From: Patescibacteria group bacterium
GTDB taxonomy: Bacteria; Patescibacteriota; Patescibacteriia; UBA10025; JAHIVO01
Length of the DNA stretch: 64,000 nucleotides
Assembly: GCA_041650915.1 (NCBI GenBank)
Contig: JBAZKE010000002.1
Location: 80,638-144,637, forward strand
Reading direction: 5' to 3'
Shown one piece after another: positions 58,204 through 64,000 of this stretch. The notes under the pieces were generated by a model. That model ran no database searches and had not been told where the DNA came from. It saw only the letters and a list, made by a program, of their open reading frames with translations. Each line of letters opens with the position of its first letter. Position 1 is the stretch's first letter. A program made the translations under genes and the position numbers.

Positions 58204-58212
58204 ACGCGACAG

Positions 58213-59922
58213 CTAGTTCATTTCCAAAAAATCAGCGAGTGACTGGTATTGGACGATAAGCTCCTCGATCCGATCAAGCTGCTCGTCGCGCTCTTGTACC
58301 TTCAAAGCATGCTCCTGCTCATGGAGTTCCAGCTGGGTTTGCACGTCGCGGTACGCGTCGTAATCTTCAAAAAGCTGCGTCGCATGGTACGTCTCGAGCG
58401 CGGCGGCAACCTGAAGCCGGGAGGTTTCAATCGACGTCTCAAGGTTAGCGATCTCCAGCTCAATGCCATTGAGCGATGAAATCTCCTGGCTGTATGTTTC
58501 TTCAAGGTCTCTCAAAGCTGCCACTATCGGCTCACGCTTACCGTAACCGCCGTAGCTCTTACCACCCGAAACCTTAAAAACACGGACGTTGCTGACGACA
58601 AGGTCGTCACTGCTGATATCGATGGCGCTCGCGGAAACGCCCTGAATATTCTGCTGTACTGCCTGCCCGAACTGCTCGACCTCGGTCGGCACCTGGCCCA
58701 CCACGAATCCCGTCACAGTCGTTTCAATATAACAGAAGCCTGAATTGAACGACGAGTGCTCTGGAGGGCACTGGACGCCGGGAGCGACGTGCCGATCCAT
58801 GTCAAAGAGTGCCGTGCCATAACCCATTTTCTGCAGCAGCACGATTGTCAAAAACGTCTTATCAGTGCAAATTCCCTTCCGGTCATAGAGCGTCTCATAC
58901 GGAAAACGGGGGAAGAAGCTCGCATCAATATCATCAACCACGGCCTGCGTTTCCGCATTGCTCTCAGTGCGGGCATCGAGCATCGACTGGCGTTTCTCAA
59001 AATCATATGGGATCGATTGGACAAAACTCGCGACAAAATCGACAGTCTCATCCTCGGTAAGCCCGCTCTCGCCTGCCATGCTGCTCAACGCTCCAGCTAC
59101 CTCCACTATCGTACCATCACGGTCAGTCTCCAGGTTGCCCAGAAACTTGCTATAATACTCAGTGGGGCTCGTCTCTCCCTCAAAAACCTTCACGGGGTGC
59201 TGCGCATAGAAGTCGTCGATCTCCCTATACAAATTCCTCTCGAGAGTATACTCCTCTCCGCGGTAATTCCACGTATACGTGTTCGAAATTATATCGACGG
59301 TGAGCTCCGGAAATTTTTTCTCATACCTGCCGATTTCACCGGGATACAGGTACAGGAAGGCCACCGCTATGAGGAGCGCAAATAATCCCGAGCAGGCGTA
59401 GTAGAGGTGCCTCCGCCGCTTTTTCTTGCGGTGCAGCGCTCCGGAATCCTCCCTGCTCGCTTCGTTCTGTGGCTTCGGAGTGAGCATTGATGCAACTTTT
59501 TCCACCACTTCCTCGGGCGTGTGCTCGGTATGCATCCAGTAATCGTCAATGAGGAGGTTGTTCGCCCACCGGACGCCGACCCACGAATCAACATCAGACA
59601 GCCCAAGGACGGGAATCGAACTCGTATCCTTGTGCTGCTTAAGGAGCTGGACCGCGGAAAAACCGTCCATCTTCGGCATGCTCGTATCCATGATGATCAG
59701 GTCGGGCTCCTCGTCGCGGATGAAACGGAGAAAGTGCTTCGGCGGATGCTGAAAGTGGTGGTAGGAAAAATGCCGCCTTGAGAAGGCTTTCCCATAGGCC
59801 ACGGCGAAATTGGCGTTGTTTTCAAAATGAAAAACTTTATAAGGCCGCTGTAAATCTGACCGCCGCGGTTTACTCTTTCGTTTTGCTTTTTCCTCCATTA
59901 TACTCATCAGTGTACTACTCAT
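58213..59922 (-). CDS. Receiver-domain membrane protein with a possible transglutaminase-like core and C-terminal coiled coil
   Basis: N-terminal degenerate receiver (DLIIMDTSMPKMDGF). TM helix YYACSGLFALLIAVAFLYL. Extracytoplasmic region containing GICTDKTFLTIVLLQKMGYG, a Cys-containing block reminiscent of the transglutaminase-like fold. About 100-aa coiled coil. Confidence 0.5.
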   Translation of the reverse strand: MSSTLMSIMEEKAKRKSKPRRSDLQRPYKVFHFENNANFAVAYGKAFSRRHFSYHHFQHPPKHFLRFIRDEEPDLIIMDTSMPKMDGFSAVQLLKQHKDTSSIPVLGLSDVDSWVGVRWANNLLIDDYWMHTEHTPEEVVEKVASMLTPKPQNEASREDSGALHRKKKRRRHLYYACSGLFALLIAVAFLYLYPGEIGRYEKKFPELTVDIISNTYTWNYRGEEYTLERNLYREIDDFYAQHPVKVFEGETSPTEYYSKFLGNLETDRDGTIVEVAGALSSMAGESGLTEDETVDFVASFVQSIPYDFEKRQSMLDARTESNAETQAVVDDIDASFFPRFPYETLYDRKGICTDKTFLTIVLLQKMGYGTALFDMDRHVAPGVQCPPEHSSFNSGFCYIETTVTGFVVGQVPTEVEQFGQAVQQNIQGVSASAIDISSDDLVVSNVRVFKVSGGKSYGGYGKREPIVAALRDLEETYSQEISSLNGIELEIANLETSIETSRLQVAAALETYHATQLFEDYDAYRDVQTQLELHEQEHALKVQERDEQLDRIEELIVQYQSLADFLEMN

Positions 59923-60094
59923 AGTAAAATAAAAAAAGGCAGCTCACGATACACCACCGCAGTTTAGCTCAACACCCAACATGCCCGACCACGGGACGTT
60001 GACCGAAGGCAGCCTGGTTAACGGAAGCGCTAATGCTGCAGGCAGTCAATCACATTTGATAAGATAGCGCTCACTTGGTACAATAATCCCACGT

Positions 60095-60766
60095 ATGAAA
60101 TTAAAGAAAAATAGGAAGCCCCCCAGCTTCAACGCGATCATTACGGTCATGCTTTTTATCGCCGTACTCGTTGTCGGCTACTTTGTTTTTCTGAGCTGGC
60201 AGAACAGGCAGCAGGTCATAGAAGTAACAAACGTTAACATCGGATCCCTGCCGGAGAGCGGCGACCGCGAGGTGCCGGAGCGTACCCCGCTGGGGACAGC
60301 GCAGCCGGACTACCTCTGGATACCAGACCGGGGGATTGAAGCTCCTGTTGTTTATGTCAATGAAACAACTGAAGAAGCATTTCAAAAAGGACTCGAAGGC
60401 GGGGTTGTACACTATCCCGGCACCGCGGTCCCCGGTGAACCCGGAAACCCGTACCTCTTCGGCCACTCTTCAGACTACCTCTGGAAAGCGGGGGACTACA
60501 AACAGGTTCTCAAGGACCTCATCGATATTCCCCTTGAAACCAAAGTGCGGATCACCAACCATGCCGGAGAGCTGTTCATCTTCCGCGTTATCGAGACAAA
60601 AATTGTCGGCCCAAAAGAAGTATCCGTGCTCGACCAGCAAAACTACGAACGGGTGCTTCTCACGCTGCAAACCTCATATCCGCTCGGCACGGCTCTCAAG
60701 CGGTACATTGCCGTCTGTGAACTAGACGATGAAGCTACCTACGGGCCGGCAGGCACAGCGCAGTAA
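60095..60766 (+). CDS. Sortase-like protein with Ser at the canonical Cys nucleophile position
   Basis: N-terminal TM anchor. Sortase fold markers: YLWIPDRGIEAPVVY, catalytic His in LFGHS, then LLTLQTSYP where sortases have TLxTC, followed 9 residues later by the conserved Arg (ALKRYIAV). Confidence 0.55.
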   Translation: MKLKKNRKPPSFNAIITVMLFIAVLVVGYFVFLSWQNRQQVIEVTNVNIGSLPESGDREVPERTPLGTAQPDYLWIPDRGIEAPVVYVNETTEEAFQKGLEGGVVHYPGTAVPGEPGNPYLFGHSSDYLWKAGDYKQVLKDLIDIPLETKVRITNHAGELFIFRVIETKIVGPKEVSVLDQQNYERVLLTLQTSYPLGTALKRYIAVCELDDEATYGPAGTAQ

Positions 60767-60810
60767 TACACCGAAACAAAAAACAGGCACAATGCCTGTT
60801 TTTGTAACCA

Positions 60811-61836
60811 CTAAACCAACTTGCTCTGCAGGTTTCCTGGCGGCTTTTTTCCTAAGTGCCGGTACGCCATCTCAGTTGCAGCACGGCCGCGCGGGGTACG
60901 CGCCAGAAATCCGATCTGCATCAGGTATGGCTCATATACGTCCTCCAGCGTTGACTGGTCCTCTGATATTGCCGCGGCAATGGTATTAAGCCCGACAGGC
61001 CCGCCGCCGAACTTATCTATTATGGTAGTGAGTATCTTGCGGTCTACCTCGTCGAGTCCCCGCTCATCGACCTCGAGCTGCGAGAGTGCGTCAAGAGCGA
61101 TATTCGAGGTAACCCTTCCATCAGCCTTTACCTGCGCATAATCGCGCACGCGTTTTAGCAATCGGTTCGCGACCCTCGGTGTCCTGCGGGCGCGGCCCGC
61201 GATATGCTGCAACGCCTCCGGCTCCACAGCGACATCTAAAATCCGAGCGGACCGGCCGACAATCTGTTCTATGTCGCCATGCTCGTAGAAATCGAGCTTA
61301 TATACCGAGCCAAATCGGTCCCTCAGCGGGGATGAGAGGAGGTGTACGCGTGTCGTCGCGCCAACGAGGGTGAACTTCGGGAGGTCGAGGCGGAGCGTCC
61401 GCGCGGACGGACCCTTACCGACGACGAGGTCGAGTGCATAGTCCTCCATTGCCGGGTAGAGCACCTCCTCGACGATACGGTTCAAACGGTGGATCTCGTC
61501 GATGAATAGAATATCGCCATCCTCAAGATTGGTGAGGATAGCCCCGAGATCGCCGGCTTTCTCAATCGCAGGGCCGGATGTCACGCGAACGTTGACACCC
61601 ATTTCACCCGCGATGATGTGGGCGAGCGTTGTCTTGCCGATGCCGGGCGGCCCGTGCAAGAGCACGTGCTCAATCGGCTCGCCGCGCTTGCGCGCTGCCT
61701 CCATAAAAATGGTTAAGTTATCCTTAACCTTCTGCTGGCCAATAAACTCATCAAGCTGCTGCGGCCTGAGCGTAGCGTCGAGCGTCCGGTCTTCCGCCCG
61801 TTCACCTGAGGTTACAATTCTATTTGACGGAGCCAT
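60811..61836 (-). CDS. ruvB: Holliday-junction branch-migration helicase RuvB
   Basis: Walker [12 protein letters not shown], Walker [11 protein letters not shown], sensor motifs, C-terminal winged helix. Confidence 0.9.
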   Translation of the reverse strand: MAPSNRIVTSGERAEDRTLDATLRPQQLDEFIGQQKVKDNLTIFMEAARKRGEPIEHVLLHGPPGIGKTTLAHIIAGEMGVNVRVTSGPAIEKAGDLGAILTNLEDGDILFIDEIHRLNRIVEEVLYPAMEDYALDLVVGKGPSARTLRLDLPKFTLVGATTRVHLLSSPLRDRFGSVYKLDFYEHGDIEQIVGRSARILDVAVEPEALQHIAGRARRTPRVANRLLKRVRDYAQVKADGRVTSNIALDALSQLEVDERGLDEVDRKILTTIIDKFGGGPVGLNTIAAAISEDQSTLEDVYEPYLMQIGFLARTPRGRAATEMAYRHLGKKPPGNLQSKLV

Positions 61837-61841
61837 GGGGA

Positions 61842-62861
61842 TTATTTCCGCTGCCTTTTCTTCTTCCGTGCCGCCCGCTTCTTGCCCTTGAACCGCTGCA
61901 CACGGATGAGGCCGGAGCAGGGAATGACCTCAACGCCGCGCTGCTCGATCTCATCAAGAAACAAGTTCATGCCGACGGAGTCGGATGACATGTGCCCCGC
62001 GATTATTACATTGAGGTGGTGCTTCTCTGCCTCCTTCTTATAATCCTCATGGAGGTGCATGCCGATGATCGTGCCAATCCCGGCTTGCGCAAGCCGTTCG
62101 TACATGTCTTTTGAGCCCTCAGTTCCACCCGTGATTTCAGTGACCGCAATTTTTCCCGCGAAGCGGTCCTCCCTGCCGGTGAAGAGCATGGGGCCCGCCT
62201 TCTGCTTCATCGCGAGCGCGTACTCGGGAATTTTCTTCAGGAGCCTGATGACATCGCCCACGTACTCAAGGTTCTTCCGCTCACGCCGCAAGAGGCGCTC
62301 GAGGTACGTCGCCACCATATTGTCCGTTGCCGTATGGGTGCACATCATATCGAAACCCAAAAGCCGGGCTGCATCGAGCTCACGGTTATGGTTTACCGAC
62401 GATACTGAGCGGGAGACCTCAGCGAGCCTGATCTTCACGAGGCTTTCGGCAATCGTGATCGGAACCCCATACTGCGCGAGTACCTCCGCCTGCAGCTCCA
62501 TAACCTCATGGAGGCCGGCAAGCGCTGACCCTATCGGGTGGTGCGACAGGATGAGGTCGATCGGCCTCGTCTGTGCGATCTGCTGCGCTAACAGCACCTC
62601 CGCTGTTTTTATATCGATGCCCGCGAGGATCCTCTTCACTGGTTTATTGGGATCGGCAGCGAACATCCGCGTATCTGAAAAGGGATTAGCGAGGCTCTCA
62701 ATATCAAATTCTTTCTTCTGCTCAGTGGGGAGCTTCTCGTACTGCTCACGTTGCCGCTTAAGCCTGCGCCGCACCGTTGCGGCCCCCCGCAAGTCATTCT
62801 CAATGCCGAGCTTGATTGCGAGCTCATAAATCTGGCGTACTGTCATCATAAAATTGTCCAC
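61842..62861 (-). CDS. Nif3-family dinuclear metal-centre protein (YqfO/YbgI-like)
   Basis: LILSHHP and IIAGHMSSD metal-binding blocks typical of NIF3/DUF34; Lys-rich tail. Confidence 0.65.
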   Translation of the reverse strand: MDNFMMTVRQIYELAIKLGIENDLRGAATVRRRLKRQREQYEKLPTEQKKEFDIESLANPFSDTRMFAADPNKPVKRILAGIDIKTAEVLLAQQIAQTRPIDLILSHHPIGSALAGLHEVMELQAEVLAQYGVPITIAESLVKIRLAEVSRSVSSVNHNRELDAARLLGFDMMCTHTATDNMVATYLERLLRRERKNLEYVGDVIRLLKKIPEYALAMKQKAGPMLFTGREDRFAGKIAVTEITGGTEGSKDMYERLAQAGIGTIIGMHLHEDYKKEAEKHHLNVIIAGHMSSDSVGMNLFLDEIEQRGVEVIPCSGLIRVQRFKGKKRAARKKKRQRK

Positions 62862-62991
62862 GTTTACAGGGATTAACGCACTGGCATTGTACCATCAGGG
62901 AGGAGCCCTTGACAAGCATTTCAAGGTATGATACGATGTCCTGTTCGCGCAGTAAATACCTTACCATTCGAATTTTTTCGGCTCAATAAAC

Positions 62992-63184
62992 GCAGCCAGA
63001 ATCACCTGCCCGCCGCCCAATTTACACGGGCGTTCGGTGTGCCTAGCAGCCTGCAGTCACGACAAGCGTGGGGGTTGTTCATCAGGATAACCGGGGTTTC
63101 GACTTTGGTTACTCCTCCGAACAACCTTCTTGACTGCAGACTACTGGGTACACTACAATGACGTGGCCCGCTTATTCTGGCTGC
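62992..63184. ncRNA. Candidate structured ncRNA of ~190 nt (nested long-range helices); strand and identity unknown
   Basis: Three perfectly nested helices: GCAGCCAGAAT/ATTCTGGCTGC (11 bp, 62992-63002 with 63174-63184), TGCAGTCA/TGACTGCA (8 bp), GGTTGTTC/GAACAACC (8 bp). About 48-nt symmetric internal loops. Sits in a 500-bp intergenic gap. Confidence 0.3.
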
Positions 63185-63357
63185 TCCTGTTATAGAGTCA
63201 AAAGTCAATTAACTTACAACACATAAAAACAGAGAAAGGAGGCTTACTCCAACGAAACCGTTCTTTCCATTTCAAGTGAGCATTGGATGCGCAGCAACAC
63301 ATAGGATCAGTGTACTGACCGTAAAAAACGTTAACCGTTTAATAGAGGAAGTACACG

Positions 63358-63900
63358 ATGATTCAAACAATGTTGAACTACAGCGTCGTCGTCGGGATCG
63401 TTATCCTGGCGGTGATCGGATGGGTAAAATCCGAAAGCAAGGGCTGGCGGAGGACTTCATTCGTCTGCCTGCTCATCATGTTTCCCTTCGCAATGTCATT
63501 CGGGGAACAGTGGTTCATATCACACAAGTCGCTGCTGTGGCTTTTTGGCATCGAGCAGGAGTTCGTTAACCGCACCGACTGGGGGCCCGTTTTCTTTCTC
63601 ATGATTCTCGGCCTCCTGATTCCACGCCTGCTGCGGTGGCCGATTAATTTCGCGGCCTCGTGGTATTCAAAGAGCGAAAAAACTCCCGGCTCGATCTCGC
63701 CGTATGCCGTCGTCGCTACGTTTCTCGCGCTCTCGCTGTACCTCGTCGCAGGTGCCGGCGCTTACCTCAACAAGACAAAGGGGTACCAGGTCGGCACAAA
63801 CGTCGTGGCGAGCATGAGCGAAACCGCATCGGATATTTTTGCGGCGGGAGATGATCTCTCGCGAGAGATCGGAAACAAGAAAAAACAGACGCGACCGTAG
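63358..63900 (+). CDS. Hypothetical multi-TM membrane protein
   Basis: 180 aa with 4-5 hydrophobic helices. Confidence 0.45.
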   Translation: MIQTMLNYSVVVGIVILAVIGWVKSESKGWRRTSFVCLLIMFPFAMSFGEQWFISHKSLLWLFGIEQEFVNRTDWGPVFFLMILGLLIPRLLRWPINFAASWYSKSEKTPGSISPYAVVATFLALSLYLVAGAGAYLNKTKGYQVGTNVVASMSETASDIFAAGDDLSREIGNKKKQTRP

Positions 63901-63942
63901 CTCAATGCCCGACTACCCACCGTACATACATAGGAGGTTCGT

Positions 63943-64000
63943 ATGTACACGATTTCAAACAAACTACCCGGCACACATAGGATATACGTGACCGGGTTTT
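63943..64000 (+). CDS. 5' end of an ORF running off the window (MYTISNKLPG...)
   Basis: ATG preceded by an AGGAGG Shine-Dalgarno sequence 7 nt upstream. Confidence 0.3.
   Translation, partial: MYTISNKLPGTHRIYVTGF

Noticed and set aside
1-64000. CRISPR arrays, rRNA genes, tmRNA, RNase P, SRP RNA
   Set aside because: Intergenic gaps over 150 nt were scanned by eye. There are no regularly spaced direct repeats and none of the conserved rRNA, tmRNA (..CCACCA tail with T-arm), RNase P or SRP (GGAAGCAGCC) signatures. The only regular repeats are the two 165-nt tandem units after tRNA-Val, which are not spacer-repeat arrays.

Overview
64-kb window from a compact, GC-rich (~58%) bacterial chromosome. 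Genes are short and tightly packed. All seven tRNAs carry an encoded CCA. A type IV pilus cluster, an RRM RNA-binding protein and a heliorhodopsin suggest a small-genome lineage, possibly Patescibacteria/CPR-like; this is a guess. Left to right: (1) tRNA-rich island, 1-2.4 kb: truncated tyrosine-recombinase C-terminus, Nudix hydrolase, tRNA-Arg(TCT), two paralogous small membrane proteins, a GIY-YIG ORF bracketed by a duplicated tRNA-Lys 5' end, tRNA-Lys(CTT) followed by direct repeats. (2) Heliorhodopsin, 2.4-3.2 kb. (3) YibE/F-like membrane protein, Zur-like Fur-family repressor with a perfect 21-bp palindromic operator, ZupT, three small membrane/secreted proteins. (4) Orphan 541-aa gene with its own intrinsic terminator. 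(5) cca, rluD, rplS, tRNA-Leu, tRNA-His. (6) P-type ATPase, cspA, ATP-grasp, HAD-like, ABC transporter, flavodoxin, EamA transporter, RRM protein, GT-C glycosyltransferase, thioredoxin-like protein. (7) Type IV pilus cluster, 25.8-37.4 kb: pilin, PilM(-N), PilX-like, pseudopilins, a 958-aa giant pilin with a recent internal duplication, PilC, PilB, CheY-like response regulator, histidine kinase, PilT. (8) tRNA-Arg(TCG), tRNA-Val(TAC), two tandem ~165-nt structured repeat units that each end in a copy of the tRNA-Val 3' end, tRNA-Ala. (9) Cell-wall and secreted proteins: C39-like peptidase, Amidase_2 with Ig-like repeats, two paralogous secreted proteins flanking a tandem-repeat protein. (10) Surface-glycan cluster, 45.6-53.4 kb: two O-antigen-ligase-like proteins, ArnT-like GT-C, GT4, Wzx flippase interrupted by an in-frame TAG. 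(11) SpoIID-domain protein, 5x42-aa repeat protein, queA, receiver-domain membrane protein, sortase-like protein with Ser at the nucleophile position, ruvB, Nif3. (12) A ~190-nt nested-helix candidate ncRNA. The most unusual signal is a family of at least four structured elements of about 100-165 nt inserted immediately 3' of tRNA genes. Each carries a copy of a tRNA 3' end and a fixed-length hypervariable hairpin with compensatory base changes. No CRISPR array and no rRNA were found.
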